The notes under the pieces: generated by a model
Told to the model about the DNA's origin: nothing
What the model saw: the letters and a program-made list of their open reading frames with translations, nothing else
Databases searched by the model: none
Program-made: the position numbers and the translations under genes
Source of the DNA: Acidobacteriota bacterium
GTDB taxonomy: Bacteria > Acidobacteriota > UBA6911 > RPQK01 > JAJDTT01
Reading direction: 5' to 3'
Assembly (NCBI GenBank): GCA_965209055.1
Contig: OZ242374.1
Location: 2,240,001-2,304,000, forward strand
DNA: 64,000 nucleotides
Shown here: positions 1 to 10,221 of the stretch, one piece after another
Layout of the letters: each line of letters starts with the position of its first letter
How positions within the stretch are numbered: the first letter of the stretch is position 1

Positions 1-1302
1 GACCTGGCCGCCTGGATGACCGGCTGCTACGGCAACCGGGTGATCCGGACGCCCCATATCGATCGTCTGGCGGCCGGCGGCACCCGTTTCGAGAACGGGT
101 TCGTCTGTACCCCCATCTGCTCTCCCAGCCGGGCCACGCTGATGACGGGACGGATTCCACCCCAGACCGGGATCCACGACTGGCTCACGCCGCGCCCCAT
201 TGCCAACCCCCCACAGGGACAGGCGCGGCTTCCCCGCAGCTGGCGCGACGAAATCTTCATCTCCGACCTCTTGAAGGAGGAGGGCTACCGTTGCGGCTAC
301 AGCGGCAAGTGGCATCTGGGAGAAAACGGCCGGCCCCAGCATGGTTACGGGTTCTGGTATACGCAGGACCGCCCCAACCGGAACCAGGATCCCAACATGT
401 TCCGGGGCACGGAGCCGGTGAAGGAGAAGGGCTACCTCGCCGACCTCATCCACCAGGAGGGCATCCGATTCCTGGAACAGGTCCGAGGCCGGCGCGAGCC
501 CTGGTTTCTCACCTTGTCGCACTTCAATCCTCACACTCCGTACGCGGGTCATCCCCAGCAGTACTACGACATGTATGCCCAGGAGGACTTCGAGTCGGTG
601 GGATTTGAGCCCAAGCGCCGGGACGCCCTGCGGGAGGCGGAGCTGATGGACGATCCGGTCACCAACATGAGGGGCGCCGCCGCCTCCACCACCGCCCTCG
701 ACGACCGGATCGGCCGGATTTTGGACTACTTGGACGATAACGGCCTGACCGGGAACACGCTGGTCCTGTTCGTGGGTGACAACGGCTACCTGCACGGCCG
801 CCACGGCCTCTGGAGCAAGGGAGAGGCGGCCTGGCCTCCGGTCATGTACGAGGAGGTTCTGAGGGTCCCCACCTTGTGGCGCTGGCCGGGAAGGATCGAG
901 TCCGGCGCGGTGCGCCGGGAGCTGGTGAGCTTCTACGACGTTCTGCCCACCCTCTGCGAATTGCTGGGCATTCAACTGCCGCGGGAGGGCCATTACTGCG
1001 GCCGGAGCTACGGGCCGCTGCTCGAAGGGCGGAGGCCGGACGGCTGGGTGGACCGGGTCTACGCCTACCTGGGCAACACCTACTGCGTCCGGGAACCTCG
1101 ATACAAGTACGTGATGCGCAACCAGGGTTACGGTCCCAACGAGTTGTGGGATCTGGAGACCGATCCCACCGAGCATCGCAACCGTGTCGGCGACCCGGCG
1201 CTGGCGGGAGTCACGGACCGGTTGCGCGGAGAGTTGGTCAACTGGTTGCGGCGGTACGGCGAGAAGTGGGCGGTTCTGCCCTTCGAGGAAGGCAGGGTTT
1301 GA
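1..1302 (+). CDS. Sulfatase (formylglycine-dependent), 5'-truncated by window edge
   Basis: CSPSR signature (CxPxR), GKWHLG, GDNG motifs; frame is open from base 1 (DLAAW-MTGC). Confidence 0.92.
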   Translation, partial: DLAAWMTGCYGNRVIRTPHIDRLAAGGTRFENGFVCTPICSPSRATLMTGRIPPQTGIHDWLTPRPIANPPQGQARLPRSWRDEIFISDLLKEEGYRCGYSGKWHLGENGRPQHGYGFWYTQDRPNRNQDPNMFRGTEPVKEKGYLADLIHQEGIRFLEQVRGRREPWFLTLSHFNPHTPYAGHPQQYYDMYAQEDFESVGFEPKRRDALREAELMDDPVTNMRGAAASTTALDDRIGRILDYLDDNGLTGNTLVLFVGDNGYLHGRHGLWSKGEAAWPPVMYEEVLRVPTLWRWPGRIESGAVRRELVSFYDVLPTLCELLGIQLPREGHYCGRSYGPLLEGRRPDGWVDRVYAYLGNTYCVREPRYKYVMRNQGYGPNELWDLETDPTEHRNRVGDPALAGVTDRLRGELVNWLRRYGEKWAVLPFEEGRV

Positions 1303-1304
1303 AA

Positions 1305-2030
1305 ATGAGTCGATATCCAAGTGGACTTCGATGGGTGACCTTCGTGATGTTGCTGGGTCTGGCGTTGGGATGCCGGCCGCCGTCCCGCGTGGACCGGAGG
1401 GCACCTGATTCAGACCGGCCGGGAGCGAGGCTCATCCTCTACAGCGGCTTCGACAGTCTGGGCAAGAGCGAGGGCTGGCACAGCTACGACTACGACGGCG
1501 GCATCGAGAGCGGTCCCGACCTGTTCCATCCGGTGAGCTGGGAACCCAAGGGAGGCGCCTTCGGTTCGGGATACATCTGGACCGACGATTCCCGCTGGAG
1601 AATCGACACCCCGGAGCAGCCCAACTCCATTCTGGCGCTGATCTTCTACCGCAGGTGGGTGGGCGGCCCCAAGCTGGACCTGCGGGGAGCGCGGATCTCC
1701 GTGAACCTGCGGGGAGACGACCTGGATCTCAAGGGCGCCCGGTGCTACTTCTGGGCCCACATCCGAAACAACCGCTGGCACTTCACGGACCAGCCCATCC
1801 CCATCTCCCAGGGATCCTGGGGACGGCGCCATACCTTCGTCCTGGAGAACGACGAGACCAAGTGGACCCGCACCTGGGCCTGGACGGGTCCGGCCAGCCT
1901 GGACCGGGTGTTGAGGGAATGCGTGAGCTACGGGTTCTCCTTCATCGGATTTCCGGAAGGAGAAGAGGTGACGGGGCGGCTCTCCATGGACGTTCTTCGG
2001 ATCGAGGCCCGGGTCGCCGACATGCGGTGA
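1305..2030 (+). CDS. Hypothetical lipoprotein, possible carbohydrate-binding beta-sandwich
   Basis: ATG 2 nt after sulfatase stop; hydrophobic N-terminus with lipobox LALGC; Trp-rich. Confidence 0.7.
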   Translation: MSRYPSGLRWVTFVMLLGLALGCRPPSRVDRRAPDSDRPGARLILYSGFDSLGKSEGWHSYDYDGGIESGPDLFHPVSWEPKGGAFGSGYIWTDDSRWRIDTPEQPNSILALIFYRRWVGGPKLDLRGARISVNLRGDDLDLKGARCYFWAHIRNNRWHFTDQPIPISQGSWGRRHTFVLENDETKWTRTWAWTGPASLDRVLRECVSYGFSFIGFPEGEEVTGRLSMDVLRIEARVADMR

Positions 2031-2035
2031 CCGGG

Positions 2036-3277
2036 TTAACGATCTTTCATGATCTCCCCGTAACTGTAGACGATTCCCGTCACGGCGGGCTCCTTCTCGA
2101 ACGCCGCAACGAGGCTCTTGCGGAGCTCGGGCGTCTGTGAGCCCCGTCCGTGGGCGGGATGGCGGAAGCTCATGCGGAAACCTCCGGGCGCCAGGTAGAG
2201 GCCGGCTCCGGATCGCTTGCTGAGCGGACCATAGCTTTGCCGAACGGCGTCCTCGATGGGTGGAAGGCCCATGTCCTCTTCCTGATTCTGGATGTACCCC
2301 ATGGCCCTCTGGGTCCGGTTGGGATAACGGGCTCTCTCGTTGGTGATGTGACCCACGACCAGTGAGTCGATGATTCCCTCGGAGACCCACCGGCGCCACT
2401 GCAGCTTCATGTTGCCGAAGGGAGGCCCGATATAGTCTCCCTGCGCCACTCCGATGGAAAGGGTCTGCCCTTTCTTCTTGAGGTGCTCCTTCACCTCGAC
2501 CAGAAACCGGGTCAGGTACTCCCCCCGGAGTTCCCTCCACTTCTCCAGATCGAAGCTGGCCTGGAGGATGTTCCGGCCGTATCGGCGCTGATACTCCTTG
2601 ACGATGGGCTCGTTGTACCCAAACTGGTCGGCATGCTCGGCGGGCGGCGAATGCGTGCGCACACTGAGAAAGACGCCGTCGAAATCCAGAGGATCGGCGA
2701 AAGCGCGGATCACCCTGAGCATGTATTCCCTCACCTCGGGGTAGGCGTACTCCATCACGCCCCAGTGATACTTTCGCTGATTGGCGGTCAGAGACCGGTC
2801 GGCGGAGAGGAACTGGGGGTTCTCCCGGGTGAAGTTCGATTGCCATGAGAAAAAATCGGAGTCGCTGTAAAGAACGTGCTCCGGGCATCCCTCATCGAAG
2901 ATGGTGATCCACATGTCGACCTTCATGCCCTGGTCGTGTATGGCCTGGACGGCGACTTCCAGCAACCGCTGTTCCCAGGCCTGTTTGGTGGTCTTCAGCC
3001 ACTCCTGTATGTAGGCGTTCCTGTAACTGGGTTTGATCTGGTGAAAGAGGAGAACCCGGAAGTCGTCGGCGCGAAACAGGACCCTGTCCACGCCCCGGTC
3101 CTTCCAGATCCGGGCCGCCTCGACCACCTTTTCGGGCGTGTCGAGCTGTGCCGTGCCCTCTCCCCTGTGTTGCCAGATGACGTCGCCCCAGCTCAGGATC
3201 ATGAGCTTCTCCTTGGCCTGGACAGGCAGGGAGAGAAGGAGGATGGAAGCAGCGGTCAATAGTGTCCTGTTGAGCAT
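2036..3277 (-). CDS. Secreted glycoside-hydrolase-like TIM-barrel protein (GHL10/DUF187-like)
   Basis: Signal peptide ending VQA; motifs MEYAYPEVREY, FDGVFL, W-x-x-WVSEGIID. Confidence 0.7.
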   Translation of the reverse strand: MLNRTLLTAASILLLSLPVQAKEKLMILSWGDVIWQHRGEGTAQLDTPEKVVEAARIWKDRGVDRVLFRADDFRVLLFHQIKPSYRNAYIQEWLKTTKQAWEQRLLEVAVQAIHDQGMKVDMWITIFDEGCPEHVLYSDSDFFSWQSNFTRENPQFLSADRSLTANQRKYHWGVMEYAYPEVREYMLRVIRAFADPLDFDGVFLSVRTHSPPAEHADQFGYNEPIVKEYQRRYGRNILQASFDLEKWRELRGEYLTRFLVEVKEHLKKKGQTLSIGVAQGDYIGPPFGNMKLQWRRWVSEGIIDSLVVGHITNERARYPNRTQRAMGYIQNQEEDMGLPPIEDAVRQSYGPLSKRSGAGLYLAPGGFRMSFRHPAHGRGSQTPELRKSLVAAFEKEPAVTGIVYSYGEIMKDR

Positions 3278-3330
3278 GTCTTGATTCCAGTCTTGGTTTT
3301 TCCCGGTCCGCCGCGCAAGAGGAGGGAAGG

Positions 3331-4530
3331 CTACCAATCGACGATCGAACCGTCGTCCCTATCGTAAATCGTCCGGGACTCGCGCGGTTCGCCGACCCTC
3401 GCCATCAACTTGTCCTCGTCGATGGTGATGCCGAGACCGGGGTCCGTCGGCAGCGGACGGTGCCCGTTTCTGACCGGGGGCAGCGGTTTGGCCAGCAGGT
3501 CGTGCTCCAAGTCGCCGCGCTCCTGGATCAGGAAGTTGGGGATGCACGCCGCGATCTGGAAGCTGGCGGCCATCGACACGGGACCGTTGGGATTGTGGGG
3601 GGCCAGCGGAGCGTAATACGCCTCGGCCATTCCGGCAATAAGCCTGAGCTCGGTGATGCCGCCCGCGTAGCAGACGTCCGGCTGCAGGATATAGGCCGCG
3701 CGCTTTTCCAGGACCTCGCGGAATCCCCACTTGGTGAAGATGCGCTCTCCCGTGGCCAGCGGGATATGGGTCCTGGCGGCGATCTCGGCCATCACGTCCA
3801 CGTTGAGCGGCTGCACCACCTCCTCGTAGAACCACGGATGGTACGGTTCCAGCGCCTTGACCAGCAGCATGGCCGTCGGCGGCTGAACAGCGCCATGGAA
3901 GTCGATTCCGATGTCGACGCCGTCCCCGTACTTCTCGCGCAACGCCCGGAAGTTCTCCACCACGGCGTCCACGTATCTCTGGCCTTCGATGTACTTGATC
4001 GCCTGGCGTCCCATGGCGTTCGGGCCGACCTTCATGGCGTTGACGCCGGTCTCCTCGTTGACCTCTCCGTAGACCCGGATGCGGTCCCGGGTGGGCCCTC
4101 CCAGCAATTTGTACACCGGGACGCCGTAGACCTTTCCCTTGATGTCCCAGAGCGCCTGGTCGATGCCGCTCAGGATCGCCGTCTTGATGGGACCCCCGCG
4201 GTAGAAGGCCCCGCGGTGGATGGCCTGCCAATGGTGCACCACCCGGCACGGGTCCTGGCCCACCAGATAGTCCCCGACCTCCAGAGCGCCGGCGGCGCAC
4301 GCCTTGGCGTCGTCCTTGAGCATCTCGCCCCAACCCACGATCCCGGCGTCGGTGGACACCTTGACGAAGACCCAGGTGTTGGTCAGCACGAAGGTCTCGA
4401 TCTTGGTGACCTTGATCTTGTCGTTGGGGCCGACGGCGGCGGCGCTGGTGCGCCGGGCGGTGAAGAGGGCGTCGAGTCCGAACATGGCGCCCGCGGCGGC
4501 CCCGACACGGAGCCATTTGCGACGGTTCAT
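3331..4530 (-). CDS. dgoD: Galactonate dehydratase-like enolase superfamily protein with twin-Arg N-terminal extension
   Basis: GIDQALWDIKGK, DFHG, ATGER, LQPD, APHNP motifs; starts MNRRKWL. Confidence 0.8.
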   Translation of the reverse strand: MNRRKWLRVGAAAGAMFGLDALFTARRTSAAAVGPNDKIKVTKIETFVLTNTWVFVKVSTDAGIVGWGEMLKDDAKACAAGALEVGDYLVGQDPCRVVHHWQAIHRGAFYRGGPIKTAILSGIDQALWDIKGKVYGVPVYKLLGGPTRDRIRVYGEVNEETGVNAMKVGPNAMGRQAIKYIEGQRYVDAVVENFRALREKYGDGVDIGIDFHGAVQPPTAMLLVKALEPYHPWFYEEVVQPLNVDVMAEIAARTHIPLATGERIFTKWGFREVLEKRAAYILQPDVCYAGGITELRLIAGMAEAYYAPLAPHNPNGPVSMAASFQIAACIPNFLIQERGDLEHDLLAKPLPPVRNGHRPLPTDPGLGITIDEDKLMARVGEPRESRTIYDRDDGSIVDW

Positions 4531-4556
4531 GATTCGCACAATGTTAGCGTGAGGAA

Positions 4557-4575
4557 CGGCGGTTTCCAACCGCCG
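4557..4575. repeat. REP-like palindrome CGGCGGTT-TCC-AACCGCCG
   Basis: Perfect 8-bp stem in divergent intergenic region. Confidence 0.5.
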
Positions 4576-4618
4576 AACTCCTTATACTCGCGCGAGGGCC
4601 GAAAGCTGGAGACCTGCC

Positions 4619-5749
4619 ATGAATGTCTACGAACGCCTGGGTGTGAAGAAACGGATCAACGCCGCCGCCAACGGGACGTCCATCGGCGGGTCCATCATGC
4701 TGCCCGAGGTGGTGGCGGCGATGCAGGAGGCCGGCCGTTCCCACGTCAGCATCCCGGAGCTCCTGGAACAGGCGGGGAACCGGATCGCCCAACTGGCGGG
4801 AGTCGACGCCTGCGCCATCACCAACGGAGCGGCCGCGGGAGTCGCCGTCTCGGTCGCCGCGTGCATGACGGGATCGAGCAACGCCCGGGTCCACCAGTTG
4901 CCCGACACGGCCGGGATGAAGGACGAGGTCATCGTCCAACGGATGCAGATCAACTTCTACGAGCTCATGATCCGGCTGACGGGAGCCCGGATCGTCCCCG
5001 TCGGCCTGGCCAATCGAACCTATCCCTGGCACCTGGAGGCGGCCTTCACCCCTCAGACGGCCGCGGTCGTCCACTTTCCCGCCTATTCGCCTCCCACCGA
5101 TCTCCCCATCGACCGGGTCGTCGAGCTGGCGCATGCCCGCGGAGTCCCGGTGATCGTGGACGCCGCAGCCGAGTTTCCTCCCTTCTCGATCCTGAGCCAC
5201 TACTGGAAGCTGGGAGCCGACCTCACCATTGTCAGCGGCGGCAAGGGCCTGCGGGGTCCCCAGTCTTCGGGCCTGATCCTGGGACGCAAGAGCCTGGTCG
5301 AGGCCTGCGTCATGAGCGGCAGTCCCAACCATGGCGTGGGACGCCCGATGAAGGTGGGCAAGGAGGAGATCGCCGGTCTCCTGACTGCCGTGGAACTCTG
5401 GTCCAACCCCGAGTTCGAGGGGAAGATGTTCGACTGCTGGCGGCGTCGCGCCGGTTCCATGATCGAGATCCTCGCCCGGGTTCCGGGTGTCCGGGCGCGG
5501 ACGGGAGATTCGCCATCCGCGTCGACGGGACTGGCCGTGCATCCCGACGGACTGCCGTTCACGCGGGTGGAATGGGACTCCGAAGGAATCGGCAAGGGCG
5601 TGGGACAGGTGATGGCGGAGTTGTGGGAGGGAGACCCCAGCATCATCGTGGCGGAGACGCCGTCCGGCATTCTTCTCAACCCAGCGACACTGGAGCCGGG
5701 TGAAGCGGAGATCGTGGCGAAGCGGGTGGCCGGCGTCTTGAGTGGGTAG
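4619..5749 (+). CDS. SelA-like PLP-dependent enzyme (DgaE/D-glucosaminate-6-P ammonia-lyase family)
   Basis: INAA-GT-GGS start, VDAAAE, SGGK PLP lysine, GRPMKVGKEEI. Confidence 0.85.
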   Translation: MNVYERLGVKKRINAAANGTSIGGSIMLPEVVAAMQEAGRSHVSIPELLEQAGNRIAQLAGVDACAITNGAAAGVAVSVAACMTGSSNARVHQLPDTAGMKDEVIVQRMQINFYELMIRLTGARIVPVGLANRTYPWHLEAAFTPQTAAVVHFPAYSPPTDLPIDRVVELAHARGVPVIVDAAAEFPPFSILSHYWKLGADLTIVSGGKGLRGPQSSGLILGRKSLVEACVMSGSPNHGVGRPMKVGKEEIAGLLTAVELWSNPEFEGKMFDCWRRRAGSMIEILARVPGVRARTGDSPSASTGLAVHPDGLPFTRVEWDSEGIGKGVGQVMAELWEGDPSIIVAETPSGILLNPATLEPGEAEIVAKRVAGVLSG

Positions 5750-5756
5750 ATCCGGG

Positions 5757-7376
5757 TCAGCCCTGGCCCTGGCCGGTGTAGGGGGACGGTTCCCGGCGCG
5801 TGGACCAGGTCAGTCCGCGGACCCGCTCCGGATTCCGGTTGGGAAAGACGAAGCTCAGCAACCAGGCTGTTCCCAGCGCGGCCAGTGTGGAGGAGGGGAT
5901 GATCCAGGTGAATCCCATCCCCTGGGCGGCCAGCCGCTGCGCGAATTCCGGACCCAGCCACGCGCCCACCAGGTCGACGGCCGAAGGCCCCAGGTGCCGA
6001 AGCAATTCTCCCGAGTAGGCGACGGCGAGCGCGGTCCCGACACCGGCCAGGGCCCCGGGCCAGACGGCGCGGCTTCCTGCCCGGGGAATCAGCATGCCCG
6101 CCAGGAACAAGCCTCCCATCCCTCCGGCCAGCGAGTTGAAGGTCTTGGGGAGGATCGTCGGGATGTCGGCGGTGCCGGTCAGCCGGTCGAAAAAGATGGC
6201 GAACAGGGTGACGGCCAGTCCCACCACCAGTGTGATGGCCCGGGCCTGGACCACGTGGTTCTTCACCTGCCTCTTGCGCAACCGGCCGAAATCGATGGTG
6301 GCAACGGTGGCGAAGGAGTTGACGCCCGAGTCGATGGTGGACATGGAGGCGGCCAAGAGGGCGGCAAAGATGGCGCCGGCGAGCCCGGCGGGTATCCGGG
6401 TCGCGACGAAGAAGGGAAAGATGCCGTCCCGACCTTTGCCGCTGGCCGGATCCAGATCCGGAGGCAGCGTTCCGGCACCCTGGGTGAAGTAGTAGATCAG
6501 GCTGGCGCCGATGACCGTGAGAAGCGTCAGCAGCAGGACGTCGACGGCGGCGCTGGTGAGGTAGCTGCGCTTGGCGGCCCGCATGTCCACGGTGGAAAAG
6601 TAGCGCTGCATGATGGTCTGGTTGGCGGTGTGGGCCATGAGGGTCCAGAGGCAGCCTCCCAGGATGAGGGTGACCACCGTCGCCGGAATCGTGGGGTCCA
6701 ACGAAGCCAGAGGCATGCTTTCGTTGTCCCTGGCGTTCACGGCCTGGATCCAGTCCAGCGGTCCCGACCCGGTGGACATGGCCACGAACCCTATGGCGAA
6801 CAGGCCGCCCCCCACCAGGAGCGCCACCTGGATCACGTCGGTCCAGATCACGGCGCGGATCCCGCCCATCATGGTGTAGAGGGTGGCGACGATCCCGACG
6901 CTGACGATGATGAGCACCAGGGGCAACCCGGTGGCGACGGCAAGCGCCCGGGCGGAGAGGAGGACGATCACGCCCATGTAGATGGTCATGAACAGCAGGA
7001 ACATGGTGGCTCCGAGAAGCCTCACCGAGAGACTGAACCGATGTTCCAGGTACTCGTAGGCGGTGGTGAACCGGAAGCGGACGAAGAAGGGGATGGTGAC
7101 GAACAGCACCAGCACCACGGTGACGGCGATGCCCGCCAGCGTGTTCAGGAAGATGGCGAAGCCGAAACGCCAGACCACCCCCGGAGTCCCCAAATAGGCG
7201 ACGCTGGAGAGCAGAGTGGCGATCAGGCTGACCCCGACGGCGAACCAGGGCATGCGGCGGCCGCCCAGGAAATACTCCTCGTCGCTTTGCTGCCGCTTGG
7301 ACAGCCTCCAGCCCAGCATCATCATGCCCACGAGGTAGGCGACCAGGATCAGGTGATCGACGACGTGAAGTCTCAC
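5757..7376 (-). CDS. Sodium:solute symporter (SSS family)
   Basis: EEYFLGGRRMPW, GGIRAVIWTD, AASMSTIDS motifs; many TM helices; GTG start inferred. Confidence 0.92.
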   Translation of the reverse strand: MRLHVVDHLILVAYLVGMMMLGWRLSKRQQSDEEYFLGGRRMPWFAVGVSLIATLLSSVAYLGTPGVVWRFGFAIFLNTLAGIAVTVVLVLFVTIPFFVRFRFTTAYEYLEHRFSLSVRLLGATMFLLFMTIYMGVIVLLSARALAVATGLPLVLIIVSVGIVATLYTMMGGIRAVIWTDVIQVALLVGGGLFAIGFVAMSTGSGPLDWIQAVNARDNESMPLASLDPTIPATVVTLILGGCLWTLMAHTANQTIMQRYFSTVDMRAAKRSYLTSAAVDVLLLTLLTVIGASLIYYFTQGAGTLPPDLDPASGKGRDGIFPFFVATRIPAGLAGAIFAALLAASMSTIDSGVNSFATVATIDFGRLRKRQVKNHVVQARAITLVVGLAVTLFAIFFDRLTGTADIPTILPKTFNSLAGGMGGLFLAGMLIPRAGSRAVWPGALAGVGTALAVAYSGELLRHLGPSAVDLVGAWLGPEFAQRLAAQGMGFTWIIPSSTLAALGTAWLLSFVFPNRNPERVRGLTWSTRREPSPYTGQGQG

Positions 7377-7675
7377 CGGGAATTCTCCCCGCCGGACGTC
7401 GTGCTGCAAGACAATATTCCCGGATACGTTCGCATGGGTTTGAAGATGCCTTGGAGTCTAACCTGGAGGGACGATCTGTCCGGTACGGTCCATGAGATCA
7501 TACCCTGACCCCGGCTTGGGATCACGCTGCGGCCGGGGATGGAAGCTGACGGTATCCTTCGCTGGTCCGGTCGCGAGCCGGCCATTGGTTCCGGAATATC
7601 AGTTTCGAATGTCACCAGTGGGCGAAGGACTCCCGGACTCGACGGTCGGCATGGAAAGTCGCTATCGTACTCGGA

Positions 7676-7918
7676 ATGAAGACCACTATTTCGTCCAAGG
7701 GGCAATTCGTGTTACCGGCCAGGTTCCGGAAACAGGACCAGATTGAGCCCGGTCAGGAGTTCGACGTCGAGCGCTTGGATCGAGGTGAGTATCGGTTCGT
7801 TCGGCGGACGAAACCGCCGAACGAGGGTCTGGTCGACTGGTTGCTCAGTTGTCCCGAAAAAGGGTTCTTCGCTCCCATCGGCGCTGGACTTGACAGCCGA
7901 CGGGGAAGTCGAGGTTGA
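7676..7918 (+). CDS. AbrB/MazE/SpoVT family DNA-binding protein (orphan antitoxin)
   Basis: MKTTISSKGQFVLPA swapped-hairpin signature. Confidence 0.8.
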   Translation: MKTTISSKGQFVLPARFRKQDQIEPGQEFDVERLDRGEYRFVRRTKPPNEGLVDWLLSCPEKGFFAPIGAGLDSRRGSRG

Positions 7919-7957
7919 ATTCACCGTTTGCTCTCCGTTAGCGGGAGACACGAAAAA

Positions 7958-8425
7958 ATGTCTGAAAGACGGCGCCGAGGCGTTCGGTACGCTCACACCA
8001 ATCTGGTCGCCGATGACTGGAGAGCGATGGTGAAATTCTACGTGGAGGTCTTCGACTGCCGTCCGGTCGGGACGGAACGGGATCGGAGCGGAGCGCACAT
8101 CGACGCCCTCACCGGTCTCGAGGGAGTCCACATGGCGGGTGTCCATTTGAAGCTTCCCGGATATGGCGACGGCGGCCCCACGCTTGAGGTCTTCCAATTC
8201 GACGAGAACGCCCGGCGCCCTGCCCCGGCCGTCAACCGGCCCGGGTTCGCCCACATCGCCTTCCAGGTGGACGACCTGGAAGCGAAGCGCCTGCAGGTTA
8301 TGGAGCGGGGGGGTGCGGATCTGGGAAGCGTGACCACCCTGGACATCTCCGAAGAGGGCCGCCTCACCCTCGTCTACATGACCGATCCTGAAGGCAACAT
8401 CGTCGAGCTGCAGTACTGGCACTAG
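7958..8425 (+). CDS. VOC/glyoxalase family protein
   Basis: HTNL, HIAFQVDDL, DPEGNIVEL. Confidence 0.9.
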   Translation: MSERRRRGVRYAHTNLVADDWRAMVKFYVEVFDCRPVGTERDRSGAHIDALTGLEGVHMAGVHLKLPGYGDGGPTLEVFQFDENARRPAPAVNRPGFAHIAFQVDDLEAKRLQVMERGGADLGSVTTLDISEEGRLTLVYMTDPEGNIVELQYWH

Positions 8426-8471
8426 GGCAAGAGTCCCGCGCGGCGCCGGGACCGGGACGCTCCGGAAACCG

Positions 8472-8972
8472 CTACATCACGGATTTCAACAGCTTCGGAG
8501 TGACGAACCAGATCAGGCTCCCCTCGCCCCAGCGGACGTTCCCCCAGCGGTCCCGCGGCAGGTTGATCCGGGCCATGGCCGCGGTGGGGAACCTCATCTG
8601 GCCCCTTCCGATGAGTCGGCCGGCCAGCGCGGAACAGGTCGGTTGGTGGCCGGCCACCAGCAGGCGCGAATCGGTATCGGAGCAGCCGCGGATGATCTTC
8701 AGCATCTCGTCCGAGGTGGTGTCGTACAGGTCCCCGGTTGCTTCCAGGGGACAGGACCATTCCCCGGCTTGGGCGGCCAGTTCCACGGTCTGCCACGCCC
8801 GTACCGCGGAGGAGGAGATCACCCGGTCCGGGATCTGGCCCAACCGGTCCAGGTAACGTCCCATCCGTTTGGCGGCGGCGATGCCCCGCGGGGACAGCGG
8901 CCGATCGTGGTCAAACCGGTACGCGGCGTTCCAATCCGATTTGGCATGCCGAAAAATGAGCAGTTGTTTCAT
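8472..8972 (-). CDS. sixA: SixA-type phosphohistidine phosphatase
   Basis: RHAKS, DRPL, SSAVRA-QT, VAGHQP. Confidence 0.88.
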   Translation of the reverse strand: MKQLLIFRHAKSDWNAAYRFDHDRPLSPRGIAAAKRMGRYLDRLGQIPDRVISSSAVRAWQTVELAAQAGEWSCPLEATGDLYDTTSDEMLKIIRGCSDTDSRLLVAGHQPTCSALAGRLIGRGQMRFPTAAMARINLPRDRWGNVRWGEGSLIWFVTPKLLKSVM

Positions 8973-9024
8973 GAACGGCTGAATCCTGTCATCATCCGAA
9001 GTACAGTCAGTCTACTACGGCCCA

Positions 9025-10005
9025 TTGCCAAGCATGCAAGCCAGGGAGAGTGGAGACGGTTCTGCCGGGATCAATGGCCGGGTCCAGGACTCCTTCGTCC
9101 GCTACCCGTCCAAGCCGAGGCTGGAATTGTCTGCCGGAATGCCGGCTCATCAGGGTCTTCGAAAGATCCATCTGTCCCTGTTGAGGGCGATTCTCCACAA
9201 CCGGGAGGGTGTAATCGGGAGTCGGGACCCTGAGTTCCTCCACGATTTCCGCGTCGCCGTGCGCCGGGCTCGATCGGCGCTGACCCAGGTCAAGGGGGTC
9301 TTCCCGGCGGCCGAGGCCGAACGCGCCAGAGTCGCGCTCTCGTCCATGACCCGGGTGACCGGCGAGGCCCGGGATCTGGATGTCTTTCTGGAGAAGCTGG
9401 AGGCCTATGAATCCGGCCTTCCGCAGCAGATACGGCAAGAATTGATTCCCGTCAAGGAACTGGCGCGGCGCCGGCGCAGGGGCCAGCAACCCGTCTTGTC
9501 GGAAGCCCTCGGCGCCGCTTCATGGGCGGCCGCGGTGGACCGGTGGGAAACGTTCCTGCTTTCTGGAACCGATCCGCAGTCGCTTCCCAAGAAGGGCCGA
9601 CGACCCCTCGGAGCCGTCGCCGCCAAGCGGATTCGGAAGGCATATCGCCGAGTCGCCGGCAGAGAGAGTCTCATCGGATTGGAAATCGAGGTGTTGCATC
9701 GGCTTCGGATCGACTGCAAGAAGCTCCGCTACCTGCTCGAGTTCTTTCGCAGCCTCTATCCGGGCCGGGAGGCCGCCTCCCTGCTCAAGAGGCTCAAGTC
9801 TCTACAGGGCGTGCTGGGAGACCTCCATGACCTGGCGGTCCATCGGGAGATGGCCCGCAGCATCTGGACGGAGATTCGTCCTCGCCCCGGGTCCTCGATG
9901 CCTCTGGATCTTCTGGAACGCCGCTTGGAGCAACTTCACGTCCGGGCCCACGAGGCGACGGAGGGAAAATTCCAACGGTTCCGGGCCCATGCAACGCCGT
10001 GGTGA
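9025..10005 (+). CDS. CHAD domain (polyphosphate-binding) protein; start uncertain
   Basis: LHDFRVAVRR, LHRLRIDCKKLRY, LQGVLGDLHD. Confidence 0.88.
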   Translation: MPSMQARESGDGSAGINGRVQDSFVRYPSKPRLELSAGMPAHQGLRKIHLSLLRAILHNREGVIGSRDPEFLHDFRVAVRRARSALTQVKGVFPAAEAERARVALSSMTRVTGEARDLDVFLEKLEAYESGLPQQIRQELIPVKELARRRRRGQQPVLSEALGAASWAAAVDRWETFLLSGTDPQSLPKKGRRPLGAVAAKRIRKAYRRVAGRESLIGLEIEVLHRLRIDCKKLRYLLEFFRSLYPGREAASLLKRLKSLQGVLGDLHDLAVHREMARSIWTEIRPRPGSSMPLDLLERRLEQLHVRAHEATEGKFQRFRAHATPW

Positions 10006-10221
10006 CGGACCTCTGTCCGCCGTTCCCGCTCAGGCGCAATGGAGCGTGCAGCCGCCTGAACGGAGATACGCTGTCTCTCCCTCCAGGTCGGCGCCCGTGA
10101 GGGGATGCCGCCCCAACCATCCGTCGGGAAACTCCAGGGTCACTTTGCAGACCGGATTCCACCCCGCCCCTCAATCCCCTTTCCCGTTCTCTTGAAGAAC
10201 CTGGGTTGGTTGTGGTCCAAT

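Noticed and set aside
4619-5749. Selenocysteine synthase SelA / selenoprotein system
   Set aside because: Short SelA-like form lacking the tRNA-binding N-terminus; no selB, selC or selD nearby; fits the DgaE-like family
7890-7920. TTGACA sigma70 promoter for the VOC gene
   Set aside because: No acceptable -10 at 16-18 nt spacing
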